Source: Amoebidium appalachense
Taxonomy: Eukaryota > Protista > Ichthyosporea
Length of the DNA stretch: 64,000 nt
Assembly (NCBI GenBank): GCA_963693365.1
Contig: CAVNZM010000008.1
Coordinates: 9,667,793 to 9,731,792, forward strand
Direction: 5' to 3'
The notes below the pieces were generated by a model, which made no database searches, was not told the DNA's origin, and worked only from the letters and a program-made list of their open reading frames with translations. Position 1 is the stretch's first letter. The number at the start of each line of letters is the position of its first letter. This document shows positions 37,078-50,495 of the stretch, piece after piece. The translations under genes were made by a program, and so were the position numbers.

Positions 37078-38456
37078 GTCGAAGGTTGTTTTTGTGTGGG
37101 GAGGGAGGGGGGGGGGGGAGGTTGAGTTGGTATGAGCATCATATGGGAGAGGGGATGGTGCAGCCTTATTTATTTTATTTTATTCTTATTGGGAGGCGGG
37201 GGGGGGGGGGGACTATGTGTGCATTCGTGGGTGGAAAGGCAAACGAGTATAGGAGCTATTTAAACCGGCAACTCGGACACGAAAAGGGAAACCGCATGAA
37301 AGAGGGCAAGGTCCAAAGGAGACACTGCCGGGAAAAAAAAAAAATCTTGGGGGGAGGGGGGGGGGGGGATATGGTAGATACCTGCTGCATGAGGACCATT
37401 CTGCGAGCCAAATCCCCCGTTGGGACCATGTCACACTTGGTCACCACCGTCTGATACTTGACTGATCCCCTGTGTGTGCGTGCAGCCACATCAATAAAAC
37501 ACGCAAATAGAGTCTATATAGCGGAGTCCCAAAACAAACCGCGCTAACAGTGTACTGTATGTATACCACACACATAGTGCCCCATATCAACACTGTGCAC
37601 GTGTCCCATAGAAATGCCTCAGTATTTATACTGCACACATAGTATCGTGTATGTTTGTGTGCGTGTGCACGTGTGTGTGTGCAGTTGCGACCATGCGCGC
37701 GCACCCGTGCATGTGTGCGTGCATGCGTGCATGTATGTATCAAAACAACACGCACATTGTGTCATATATCACCATCGCTCACATCGTGTACATGCTCAAC
37801 ACAGCACAGATCGTCACCCGCCTCATTACCCCACACATAGTGTCCCATACAATGTATGCCAACCATTTGCTTGCACGTGCAGCCACACGTGTGATACAGT
37901 ATGTGTTAACTAGTATGAAACGGATAGCCCGTCATGATTCAAGTAACATTTCATATCTTGAGCTTGATATCTACGGCATGCAGTGTTTACTAATTCAAAC
38001 TTAATTTATCTATTTTATAATTATTATTATTATTATTAATATTAATACTATTTTTTATTTTTTGTTTTTATTTTTATTTTTTATTTTTTTTTTTGGGGGG
38101 GGGGAGGGGGGAGGGGGGTAAATGCTGCAGTGCACAGTATGGAGTCCAGATATGTACAACAACAAGGGTGTGCAGAAAAAACATCATTATATTCGTGGAA
38201 TACACGCATCAACTCCATTTAGGCACCAAAACACACAGGGGAGGGGGGGGGGGGGGGGGAGAAAGAGAAAAGGGGGGACGGGGGGGGGGGGGGGGGGGGG
38301 GTAAACAAACATTGCAGCACCTACATGAATTAGTACCAAAACCACCCTGAGAAAAACCCACAACCAACTGTATCCTCATCCATAATCGTCCAAACACACA
38401 CAAGCAAGAATTACCCAGCAATGCTGGAAGTGAGAAATGTCGATATACAGGTGCGA

Positions 38457-38492
<36 letters not shown>

Positions 38493-38931
38493 AGGCACTC
38501 ACCCGTCCAGAAAGTCAAGAAAGTCACGATCTGACGGTTTGAACCCATGTCGGGCATCAATTAGAACAAAGACACGCTGGAGAGACTTCCTCTCCCGAAG
38601 ATATACGTGCATCTGTAGTGGGAATATTAGTTTTCTGGTTAACTAATTCATTTGGCGGGAATAACTTTTTTTTGTTTTTCCAGCAGGTCTCCGAAGATTC
38701 TAGAACCATAAAAACCTATATTGTTCGTGTGACATGACGCTCAAACCAAAAATACGAAGATTTATGGGAGGGATAAACCATAACCACAAAAGGTAATATG
38801 TTAGACCCATCTGCATTCTTTTCTTTCTGCAATTCCATTTTAAACTCTACCGACGAATCTCACACTCCTGGGCACATCTCCGAAAACTTGTTTGTAAAAA
38901 CCAAAAAACACGAACCCCCACCGGAGGGGAA

Positions 38932-38972
<41 letters not shown>

Positions 38973-39518
38973 GCGCAGACGACAATGCAAACTGAGCAAA
39001 CCGGTGTAGCCACCGTCTTATCGTTCCCATCACCTCCGTCTCAATGACCCCCCCCCCCCCCCCCCCCCTCCCCCCGCCACACCCACACCCACACCCACAC
39101 CCACACACACCCACACACACCCACACACACACCCACACACCCACACACCCACACACACACACACACCTCCCACACGCTAAACATACACACACACGCACAC
39201 GCGCGCACACATAAAGACATGATCACCACAACCATTGCCATTCCTCCATCGTCCATCATCCCACCCACCCAAACATCCCCCCCCCCCCCCCCCCCCCCTC
39301 CCTCCCATCCGCCCTCTCCCTCCCCTTCCCTCCCTCCCCGCCCTCACCTTCGAAAAGGGGGGAAAAAAAAGGGGGGGGGGGGGAGGGGGGGGGTCTGTGG
39401 CACACCCTCCCCACACCCTCCCCACCTGAAAAGTTCACCGACATACACATAATGCATGTACGAACGGACACACGACCGCACTCGCACACACACACTCACC
39501 AACGCACGCAAGCATCAT

Positions 39519-39572
<54 letters not shown>

Positions 39573-39903
39573 ACCCCCACACACACACACACACACACAC
39601 TAGCACACACGTTTGTGCACACACGAACAACATACCAAGTCCACCCATGTCGTTTTTTTGTCATCACTTGCAAAGGCAAACCCGTAGCCAGGCAAATCCA
39701 CAAGCCCGAGCCGTCCGGAGAGATTGTAGAAATTCAGCCTGGAAAAAACAGGTATGTGCACAGAGGGATAAGTCATACATCATGTCATACTAGGCTTGTT
39801 ATAGTTTCTCATTCTATTCCGAGATCCTTTCTTGTTCTCATTTCTTTCTTTCTTTTTCTTTCAGTCACGGAGAAAAGGTAGGGAGAGGTTCTGCGCGCCA
39901 GAA

Positions 39904-39969
<66 letters not shown>

Positions 39970-40047
39970 GGGGGGGGGGGGAGCAGCAGATCTAAAATTG
40001 AAGTCTCCTCCCCCCCCCCCCCCCCCCCCCCCCCTCCCCCCCCCTCA

Positions 40048-40085
<38 letters not shown>

Positions 40086-42183
40086 AAAAGGAAAGAAAGA
40101 AAGAAAGAAATATTCGGTGCCCAATACAAGGTGTTCACATGCAACGGAAATCCCACTGAAAGACAACGGGGAAAAACTTTGTTTCCACACCATGCCCTAT
40201 ACTACATCCAAACAGTATTTCCCCATCTCCCACCACCCAAGCCTCTCTCTCCCCTCCCCCCTCACCCCACCCCTCCCCCTCTCTCCAAACACCACCTCCC
40301 TCCATGTCTCCTTTCCCCCCTCCCTCTCTATCTCTTCCTCCCGCATCCCCCTCCATCGCCCCTCTCCCCCCCCCCTCCTGCTGTCTCTGCTTCCCCCCCC
40401 CCCCCCCCTTTGCCCTCTTTCTTATACACCCCAGCATACATTGGAAAGGAACATACAAGACTTACGTTTGTGTGACACCTGGTTTGTTTTCAACCTTTGC
40501 AAGATTCCACCGCCCAACCAGTTTATTGACAAGTGTCGACTTACCCACGTTGGACCGCCCTGCACACACACATACTTACATAAGCATACATACACACTTA
40601 CGTAAGCAGCTTACCCTTATGCCGGCAACTGCACATAATAGCGAATAAGCTTGAACTGCACATAATAGCGAATAAGATTGAACTGCACATAATAGCGAAT
40701 AAGCTTGAACTGCACATAATAGCGAATAAGCTTGAACTGCACATAATAGCGAATAAGATTAAACTGCACATAATAGCGAATAAGCTTGAAAAGTTACGTA
40801 ACCCACCACGCACGCCAGCCCTCACCACCCCCCCCCCCCCCCCTCCCCCCCCCCCTCTTCCCCTCCCCTCCCCGCGCCAGCAAAAACAGCCTACCCTGCC
40901 GCCCACCCGCGGTAGGTAAACTTTTCTCCCACTTCCCATCCCTGTCTACCTCATTCTTTTCAATCTTCACTCTACTGAGTCCCGGGAGAAGATAAATGTG
41001 AAATACTGAAAAGAAAAAACCATGACATTTGCAATGAGTCCTAATGACCATTGAAACAACAGCAGGGTCATGGGCATGATCGGCAGCCAAGTATTTGCTC
41101 TGACATCAACTGAGCGACCTAATGATGTCATTATGACGTCACACCATGGTACGCCGGCATAGACCCGAACTTCACTCTTCCTCCTAAACCATACCATTGT
41201 CCACTTATACATCTGCTTCTAGCATACACCATTCAAACAATATCGCCAGCAGGAGAAAGAAGGGGGGGAAACGGGGGGGGGGGGGGGGGGGGTTTGAATG
41301 CGTCAAAAAGTACGAAGTACACAAGAACAAACGGATAACACGATGCAGAATGCAAGCCATACATAAAAGAGTATGCATAATAAGCAGAGCCCATCCTCAG
41401 GGGGGGCCCACGTCATCCACAGTACCCGAGTTTCGACCTATTCCCCTCGTTAACGAAACCCAACTCAGATACTGTTTCACTTGAACATGAGTAGGTCACC
41501 CGTCTTGATCAGAGACGAGCAGGGTTGCTTATGCAGGCAAGGGCAGTGGGAAAGGCCGGGGGTTAAAGTTGCAGCAGTAAGCAGAAGCAAGAAAAATATA
41601 GATAGGAACTCAGGAGACGGGGCTTGGGGGGGGAGGATTTAGGGCTTGGAAACGAAGGGAGGGGAGGGAGGAGGGGGGAGCGGGAGGGGAGGGGGTGGGG
41701 CTGGGGATGGGGGGAGAGAACATACCAGCAAAGGCCACCTCTGAGATATCCCAATTAGGAAAGTCTGCTTGGGTAGATGCCTCACCACCCAATGTTACCC
41801 TCCGTGTAAACATCTGAGGGAAGGGGGGGGGGGGGGGGGGGGGGGGGAGGGGGGGGATGGGTGGGGGTGCTTAGGTATAAGTGCATGTGGCGGGCTGGGG
41901 GGGGGGGGGGGGGGAGAGGGGGGGGGGGGGGAATATGCTCTCCTGGGTACTATGTACACATCCACGACGGACATCACATTGCAAAGTTTGCCAAAAAGAG
42001 CACACACACAGAGTATGCGCCTGAAGTCAGGCCCATCCTCAGGTGGGGGGCAGGGGGGAGGGGGCCGGGGGAGGGGGCAGGAAGGAAAAGGAGTAGCGCA
42101 CTAAGACTGTCAAATGGTAGAAACTTAGGAATAATGGCACTAGAAGATCTCCCCCCCCCCTCCCCCTCCCCCTCCCCCTCCCC

Positions 42184-42234
<51 letters not shown>

Positions 42235-42551
42235 CCACCATCCCCACCCTTTCTCTCTTACCACCTCCCTTCCACCAACCCCTATCCCTTCGGTTTTTTG
42301 GGCCCTCCTTCCACCCCTCTTCCCCCCTCCCCCTCCCCCCTTCCCCTTACCACAATAGTAGCTGCTCGTATACAAAATACCACGAGAACGGATTGCGGGG
42401 GGAGGGGGAGGGGGGGGGGGGGGGGGGGGGGGGGGGATCCACAGGAGATGTTAAACGAACACGCCACATTTTCTCTATAATAGTGTTATCTACAGCACAA
42501 AAATACCCCACACTCTGGGGGAAAGGGAGCAGGGAGTGCATAGGCCGGGGG

Positions 42552-42591
<40 letters not shown>

Positions 42592-42789
42592 GGGAGGGGG
42601 GTACTAGGTGTAACCAACCTCGTGCATTTCCACATCAGACTTAGTATTTGTCTGAGATCGAGGTTTGGGACCCTTTGGAGGTCTCAATTTTAACTGCTCG
42701 AGCTTTTCGATCAAATTTGGAGGTATGATTACGGATCTCAATCGCTCTCGTTGGCTCACTCCCTCTGCATCTGCTCCCTGAATCTGAGG

Positions 42790-42863
<74 letters not shown>

Positions 42864-42934
42864 TGGCATGGTGGGAAGAGGCATGTTGTGTGACTGTGCG
42901 TATGGCTGGGTGTGTTTGGCCGGGAGGGGGGGGG

Positions 42935-42973
<39 letters not shown>

Positions 42974-43291
42974 TCTTGCTTGGGGAGAGAGAGGGCGGGG
43001 GGGATAGGGGGTTTAGGATGGATATGGGTCACGGTTAACAATAACAAGAGAACGGAACGGAAACTGTGCGGGTAGCAAAAGGAGGGATAGGGAGAGGAGG
43101 GGTTGGGAAAGGGAAAGAGGGAGGAGAGGGGAGGGGGGAGCATGTGGGGGTGGATAACGTGTGTGTATCTGTCAGTCTATGCGTGCCCCAGCCCGTAATC
43201 TTATGTTTCATTTTGTGTGTATGTATATGCGTGAATATTTGCACATGCACATGACTGTGTATTGTTGCAGGGGGCATAGTGAGTGCTTTGG

Positions 43292-43337
<46 letters not shown>

Positions 43338-44413
43338 GGGGGGGAGCAGGGAGAGGGAGGTGTAGAGGTTGTGTGTGTGCGAGTGTGTGCGCATCCAGTG
43401 TGTGTGCGTGTGTGTGTGTGTGTGTGTGTTTGCGTGTGTGTGTTCTTCAGTGTGGCTTTCAATACTGGTAGCCGTGTATTTAAGATAACTATGTGCACAC
43501 CCACCATTTCCACCCACCCCACAACCGCCCACCCAGCTACCCGATCATAACCACATCATAGCCCGGCCTCAGCACACCACGTTTGTGTACCTGTGTGTCT
43601 TTTGGGCCGATCGGTCTACCACCCAGCTTCGACCCAGCATCCTCTTTCGGCCTGTGTTAAAACGTTAACTATCAATGTAGGTGAATGTGTAAGTGGAAGA
43701 TGATAGGGAAAAACCTACGGGAGGAACCTGCACCACTCTTTCCCTGTGCGGCCCTCACCTCCCCCCCCTCCTCCACCTCAACCACCACCACACACACACA
43801 CAAAAAAAAATCACCCCTACCGCCCTTCTGGCTCTTCTCTCTGACCGTTCTTTGCCCCCCCCCCCCCCCCCCCCCCCCCCCTCTCTTCACCCCAGCCCGT
43901 ACCCCGCTTCTCCTGCCACCCTCCACCACTGCTCCCCCCCCCCCCCCCCCCCTCTCTGTCTCTCTATCTCTCTCTCTCTTCCTACCCCCCCTCCACCTGT
44001 CTCCCCTCCTCCCATCCCCCTTCACCCCTCCCCCCCCCCCCCCCTCCAAACTTCCCCCCCCCCCCCCCCCCCCGCCCCTTACCCCCATGCTACCAAAAAC
44101 ACTCAGCCGGTACTGAATAGCAGAGCAACAGAACCAAACATTCAAACTTAAGTCTGTGCAAAATTTAACCGTTCCTGCATGAAAACCCTTAACGTAACCT
44201 ACCCCATCCTTCGTGTAAAAGGTTGGTCCTGTAATCGCCAGGTAAAGCGTGGGCAGAAACATCTATACCTCACCGCACACCCTTTTGTCACCATAAACGT
44301 GTCATTACGATGCTCTCCAAAGGGAGGGAGAAAAAGAGAGTTCTTATGCTTGAATCAGTGTAACGTTTGGGAAAGTGATAGAAGGCGTGAAGGAGACCTG
44401 TCCGGGGAAAGAA

Positions 44414-44459
<46 letters not shown>

Positions 44460-45171
44460 AGAAGAGAATGGAGACATAACAGTCCTATTTACAATGCATG
44501 AATAGTAAGAATAAATAAACACCTTAAACAAACACATATGCACATGAACACACACACAAACAGGCACACGATCCGCACCCAAATAGCGTGCGCAAGACTA
44601 AAAAACTTGTGTGTGTGGGAAGGTCGTGGGGGGGAGGGGCGTCGAGGGGGGGGGGGGGGGGGGGGGGGGGGAAGGGGGGGGGGGGGGGGGGGGTGGGGAA
44701 GGGGGAGGGGGAGGGGGTGGATTGGGCAGGGTGTTGAAGGGGGGAGTGGGGGGAGGGAGGGGGGGGGGAGGGGGGGAAGGGGACGTGGGGGAACCAAGGG
44801 TGCCACATATCTCCAGGAATGCACTGCAGAATTGTACATGCGGCTTTTATGCGTGCGTGAGTGCGTGCACGCACTTCTAACTTGTGTGTTTTCCCACGGT
44901 TAAGGGTCCGTGTGCTTTTCATTTGCATGCAACTAGAGGTTCATTGACAATGCATGCATCTAGAGGTTCATTGACAAAGCAAGCAGAAAAAAGGAAGAAG
45001 TATCAAGACTATAGCACCCAAATCAACAAGAAACAAAACAATCAATTTTAAGACTTCAGCATACCTATTCCTCTGTGTAGCCATACACCTTATGCTAGTC
45101 GGGGAGCAGCCGAACCTATGCCATCTGGCCAACGATAGGGAAACAGCGTGTTTCAAGCAGGTGACAGACAT
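36871..45171 (-). CDS. GTPBP8: EngB/YihA-family GTPase (GTPBP8-like), probably mitochondrial; exons 45171-45065, 43651-43591, 42783-42619, 41813-41726, 40559-40466, 39738-39636, 38612-38503, 37469-37382, 36996-36871
   Basis: G1 [15 protein letters not shown]2 KPGVTQTLNFY, G3 [25 protein letters not shown], and G4 TKCD. The N-terminus is Arg/Ser-rich with no acidic residues, like a transit peptide. Phases are consistent; the first three exons are less certain. Confidence 0.9.
40627..40788. repeat. 27-bp minisatellite, 6 copies (intronic)
   Basis: aactgcacataatagcgaataagcttg repeated with a 27-bp period. Confidence 0.95.
41294..41545. repeat. Dispersed intronic repeat family, best-preserved copy
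   Basis: The first ~95 bp are nearly identical to 34256-34352; related segments at 1328, 10340, 12770, 25280, 31830 and 32836. Confidence 0.85.
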
Positions 45172-46139
45172 GGTTGTCTAAAAGGTTAATAACCGGGCAG
45201 AAATGACGCAATAAACTCTTGTGTGGCCACTGTTAGATTATTTATGTGTGGGCTACTCATTGAGAACATGTGAACAGAACATGTGCACAGACGATTCCGA
45301 AGACTGAAGGAAGGGTGGTCAAACGTTCACAGCTGCTGTGCACATGCTGACCGTCGTGAGCATGCAGTGCATTTGGTTTGCGCAAACACATATCGCATTT
45401 CATTGGTGGATTTTGCACCACGGCACCAAACTTAGTCACTTACAGTTCCTTTTCGCCCACCCAATGCAAGCTTTGGGTGTAACATGCATAACAATACGAA
45501 AAACCATATAAATGGTTTAGTATATACAAAATACACCACCTAATGGAGTTCCACGTACGGGCTTGGGGCTGGTACATAGCAATGGGAACTCCGTGGGAAC
45601 AGATTTGAACATGGAGCATCACTCAGTGTTGATTGGCTACACAGTTGAAGAAGGGTAAATTTACTTGGTGGCTTCAATTTGAAGAAACATTATTTTTAGA
45701 GTATTCGCTATCTAAACGATTTTTATCTACTTTTAGGAGATATAGAACTTATAAATGTAGTAATCAGAAGCTAAAATGTACCATTGGAATACAGCTGGCT
45801 TGGGTATGTGCGCAATGCATTGTGCAACCGCATTGCAAGGATGTGCTGCCGGCCTCTCGAACTCATTCCAATCAGATCGATGAATCTTGGAGCGTTTGCT
45901 TCATTCTGATTGGTTGTCACACCACGGGGTTTCCCGATTGTTCTTCGAATGACATTTGCTATCACTATCAGACAGTTCTCCAATATCAGAACAGAAAACG
46001 GTCTCTACCCAGATGGCCAGATGGCCAGGTCAAATTCAGTGTGTGGAAAAAGGTGGATAAAACGGGATAAAACGGTGAGCAAAATGATCTGGCCATCTGC
46101 CATGTGGCCATGGAATCTCTATATCTAAAAATAGCTGCC

Positions 46140-46552
46140 ACTGCGCCGGGGCGTGGTTCCGGGAGGCAGGGGAGGCAGGGGGGGCACACGTGCAGGGGAG
46201 GCAGGGGGGGCACACGTGCAGGGGAGGCAGGGGGGACACTCACTGCCACCACTGGGGGCCGTGGTTCCGGCAGCAGGGGGGGCAGGGGGGCAGGGGAGGC
46301 ACACGTGCACAGGAGGCTGGGGAGAGTGGGGGAACCATGGCTATCCCCCATGTATGGCTGAGTTAAGACCATTTGTTCATGTAGCACGATCTTCTAGCAT
46401 GCACGTGTTGGAATGCCACCACTGGGGGGCCTGGTTCCGGCAGGCAGGGGGGCAGGGGGGCAGGGGGGCAGGGGGTTCAGGGGGGCTGGGGGGCTGGGGG
46501 GCAGGGGGGCTGGGGGGCAGGGGGGCTGGGGGGCAGGGGGGCTGGGGGGACT
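46140..46552. repeat. G-rich degenerate repeat (GGGGGC(A/T))n, G-quadruplex prone
   Basis: Repeated gggggca/gggggct units; ccactggggg..gtggttccgg recurs near 46140, 46249 and 46419. Confidence 0.8.
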
Positions 46553-46625
46553 GGCATGCTACTCACGGGGAGGATAGTGTATGTTGGCACGTGGGGGTGT
46601 GTGGGTGATAAAGGCAGAAGCCACA

Positions 46626-47503
46626 ACACGTGTGGTGTCTAAACAGCCTATAGGCATGCTCCGTGTGCAGGGCACAATTTCTACCCTCTTCTGGTTGGTG
46701 CCAAGAGGCAGTGCCCTACACGTGTGGTGTCTAAACAGCCTATAGGCATGCTCCGTGTGCAGGGCACAATTTCTACCCTCTTCTGGTTGGTGCCAAGAGG
46801 CAGTGCCCTACACGTGTGGTGTCTAAACAGCCTATAGGCATGCTCCGTGTGCAGGGCACAATTTCTACCCTCTTCTGGTTGGTGCCAAGAGGCAGTGCCC
46901 TACACGTGTGGTGTCTAAACAGCCTATAGGCATGCTCCGTGTGCAGGGCACAATTTCTACCCTCTTCTGGTTGGTGCCAAGAGGCAGTGCCCTACACGTG
47001 TGGTGTCTAAACAGCCTATAGGCATGCTCCGTGTGCAGGGCACAATTTCTACCCTCTTCTGGTTGGTGCCAAGAGGCAGTGCCCTACACGTGTGGTGTCT
47101 AAACAGCCTATAGGCATGCTCCGTGTGCAGGGCACAATTTCTACCCTCTTCTGGTTGGTGCCAAGAGGCAGTGCCCTACACGTGTGGTGTCTAAACAGCC
47201 TATAGTCATGCTCCGTGTGCAGGGCACAATTTCTACCCTCTTCTGGTTGGTGCCAAGAGGCAGTGCCCTACACGTGTGGTGTCTAAACAGCCTATAGTCA
47301 TGCTCCGTGTGCAGGGCACAATTTCTACCCTCTTCTGGTTGGTGCCAAGAGGCAGTGCCCTACACGTGTGGTGTCTAAACAGCCTATAGTCATGCTCCGT
47401 GTGCAGGGCACAATTTCTACCCTCTTCTGGTTGGTGCCAAGAGGCAGTGCCCTACACGTGTGGTGTCTAAACAGCCTATAGTCATGCTCCGTGTGCAGGG
47501 CAC
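46626..47503. repeat. 92-bp tandem satellite, ~9.5 near-identical copies
   Basis: Unit acacgtgtggtgtctaaacagcctatag(g/t)catgc...gcagtgccct starts at 46626 and recurs every 92 bp. Confidence 0.97.
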
Positions 47504-47802
47504 TAATTTGTTGTGCCTTCCTTTTTTGGTTAGATCTATACACAGCCAATGGTTAGCAGCCACGGGTTTGTTTTCATCAAGCTTAGACGTGATACTTTGC
47601 CAATCATCAAAGCCGTTTGAGTGACAATGACCGTTGATTGGTCAGATCTATCCCATTGAGCCTTGGCACCATTGCTGTAAGCTGCTTTGTACCGTGGCAT
47701 ATAAAAGCAGCACACACGGTCACATTCACTCATTTCAACACTGACACTCAATAGTAAAAGGCGACACACAACAAACTTGTTTTTCAAACACTCACACGAA
47801 AC

Positions 47803-48966
47803 ATGGATTCTTTGAAAGAGGAGCTTCAACAGCTGCAGAAGCGCTTTGATTTTCTGTACACGGACCATTCGTCTCGCTTAACGGCCCTGCACACCGACCT
47901 CATCAGCCTCCGCAGTCAAGTGACCAATGAGAATGCTGCGCGTACCCCCCGACCCCCCCAACCCCAGCCCTCTGATGTAGAGGCACGACTGAGGGCAGCC
48001 GAAGAGCAGATCAAGACCCTGCAGGCCGAGCTTGCCAGCCTGCAACGGGCTGCAGCACCCCGTCGGGATGGCCAGGTGGCCTATGAAAACTACATTTTCA
48101 GTGGCCCTCGCAAGACTACCATTGCCGCCAACACCACCACTGTGACTGCTGACCCCACCCCTGCCGCCAACACCACCACTGTGACTGCCCCCCCCCCTGC
48201 CGCAAAGACCACCCCTGTGACTGCCCCCACCCCTGTCGCAAAGACCGCCCCTGTGACTGCCCCCACCCCTGTCGCAAAGACCGCCCCTGTGACTGCCCCC
48301 ACCCCTGCCGCCAAGACCACTCCTGCCAAGACCACCCCTACCACCAAGACCACTCCTGCCAAGACCACCCCTACCACCAAGACCACTCCTGCCAAGACCA
48401 CCCCTACCACCAAGACCACTCCTGCCAAGACCACCCCTGCCGCTAAGCCCAGGCCCAAGCACACCAAAACACCTGAGACTTCGTTGCATGACCATACGAT
48501 GGACCTCGATGCACAGCTAACTAGTGTGAGGGGGGAGCTCCAGAATGCTCGAGAGCGTGTCAAAGAGGCAAAGGCGGCTGAAGATGAAATGGCGGAGGGC
48601 CTGGCCATTGCTGCTGTGTGTGCAGCCCAAAACACCATAAAAAGCATCCGAAGGAAGATTCTGCGACGGGAGAAGAACTTGAAGGCATACACAGGTGGTA
48701 ATGAGTCTGTCTCTTCACCTGCCTCACCCGCCAAACGCGTCCATGATCAATGTGATTGGGACTCAGATGAAGCATTCAACCCCAAGCGGCTCAAACGACG
48801 GGCAAATCAGGTACTCGATGATATGACAGATGACGAATCTGCGTCTGATCGTGAGTCGGTCGTGTATGACCGCAAACCTGAACCCAAACATAAACAAACT
48901 GAAGAAATTCCCCTCATTGATCTTGACCAGGAAGAGTTTGACCAGTATGAGCATGAGATGTACTGA
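47803..48966 (+). CDS. Hypothetical protein, 387 aa: coiled coil, Pro/Thr/Lys repeat linker, second coiled coil, NLS-like and acidic tail
   Basis: Long single-exon ORF starting at ATG; TATA box catataaaag at ~47698; heptad patterns; (PAKTTPTTKTT)n; PKRLKRR. Confidence 0.85.
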   Translation: MDSLKEELQQLQKRFDFLYTDHSSRLTALHTDLISLRSQVTNENAARTPRPPQPQPSDVEARLRAAEEQIKTLQAELASLQRAAAPRRDGQVAYENYIFSGPRKTTIAANTTTVTADPTPAANTTTVTAPPPAAKTTPVTAPTPVAKTAPVTAPTPVAKTAPVTAPTPAAKTTPAKTTPTTKTTPAKTTPTTKTTPAKTTPTTKTTPAKTTPAAKPRPKHTKTPETSLHDHTMDLDAQLTSVRGELQNARERVKEAKAAEDEMAEGLAIAAVCAAQNTIKSIRRKILRREKNLKAYTGGNESVSSPASPAKRVHDQCDWDSDEAFNPKRLKRRANQVLDDMTDDESASDRESVVYDRKPEPKHKQTEEIPLIDLDQEEFDQYEHEMY

Positions 48967-49370
48967 TTTGATTGGTCGACTAAGTGGCATTCTCTTTTGA
49001 TTTGTATTTGAATTGATCGGTCTTGATTTATTTGTTTCTTTTCTCTTTTAGTTTGTATTTGAATATACTCGGTCCAAGTTGATTTGTTCTTTGTAATCTG
49101 ACTAGACTATCATGTACGTACGTACTCTTTTTCTATACAATCACTTGTGTTCATATTAAAGGATTCTGTGTACGTGGACCACGGAAACATACACCATTTT
49201 TTGCAGTGCTTCATGCTATAAAATAACCATGAGAGACACAAACAAATACACTAAGTGTGTACACGTCTACCCATAGGCCCAAGTGTTGACATGTCTGCCC
49301 ACAGTTCCCTAAGGCTTAAAGCACACATCTGCCTGTATGCCATAAACTTTACTTTCACCACAAGACACCC

Positions 49371-50416
49371 ACCTAAGTACACGTCTGCACCACCCTAAGT
49401 ACACTGTGGTGCACAGCCCCACCCTAAGTACACGTCTGCACCACCCTAAGTACACTGTGGTGCACAGCCCCACCCTAAGTACACGTCTGCACCACCCTAA
49501 GTACACCTCTGCACCACCCTAAGTACACGTCTGCACCACCCTAAGTACACCTCTGCACCACCCTAAGTACACCTCTGCACCACCCTAAGTACACCTCTGC
49601 ACAGCCCTAAGTACACCTCTGCACCACCCTAAGTACACTCTGCACCACCCTAAGTACACGTCTGCACCACCCTAAGTACACTGTGGTGCACAGCCCCACC
49701 CTAAGTACACGTCTGCACCACCCTAAGTACACTGTGGTGCACAGCCCCACCCTAAGTACACGTCTGCACCACCCTAAGTACACCTCTGCACCACCCTAAG
49801 TACACGTCTGCACCACCCTAAGTACACCTCTGCACCACCCTAAGTACACCTCTGCACCACCCTAAGTACACCTCTGCACAGCCCTAAGTACACCTCTGCA
49901 CCACCCTAAGTACACTCTGCACCACCCTAAGTACACGTCTGCACCACCCTAAGTACACTGTGGTGCACAGCCCCACCCTAAGTACACGTCTGCACCACCC
50001 TAAGTACACTGTGGTGCACAGCCCCACCCTAAGTACACGTCTGCACCACCCTAAGTACACGTCTGCACCACCCTAAGTACACCTCTGCACCACCCTAAGT
50101 ACACCTCTGCACCACCCTAAGTACACCTCTGCACAGCCCTAAGTACACCTCTGCACCACCCTAAGTACACCTCTGCACCACCCTAAGTACACGTCTGCAC
50201 CACCCTAAGTACACCTCTGCACCACCCTAAGTACACCTCTGCACCACCCTAAGTACACCTCTGCACAGCCCTAAGTACACGTCTGCACAGCCCCACCCTT
50301 TAAGTACACGTCTGCACAGCCCCACCCTTTAAGTACACGTCTGCACCATCCTAAGTACACGTCTGCACAGCCCCACCCTTTAAGTACACGTCTGCACAGC
50401 CCCACCCTAAGTACAC
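49371..50416. repeat. 22/29-bp minisatellite with a 277-bp higher-order repeat
   Basis: Monomer ccctaagtacac(g/c)tctgcacca plus a variant ...ctgtggtgcacagcccca; the same order of variants restarts at 49374, 49651 and 49928. Confidence 0.95.
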
Positions 50417-50495
50417 TCAATGTTAAGTACACCTGCACACAAGCACTAGAATAGCCTGAGGCTACTCTCTAATAGCGGCCCCTTTTTTCACCGTG

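Noticed and set aside
45771-45983. IRRTIGKPR resembles the helicase C-terminal IRKILGKPK
   Set aside because: The match is too short and has no other helicase motifs; likely chance.
47878-48734. Minus-strand 205-aa and 214-aa ORFs
   Set aside because: Antisense shadows of the repeat-rich 47803 gene.
46626-50416. CRISPR-like appearance of the 92-bp and 22-bp arrays
   Set aside because: Units are contiguous with no unique spacers, there are no cas genes, and the context is eukaryotic.
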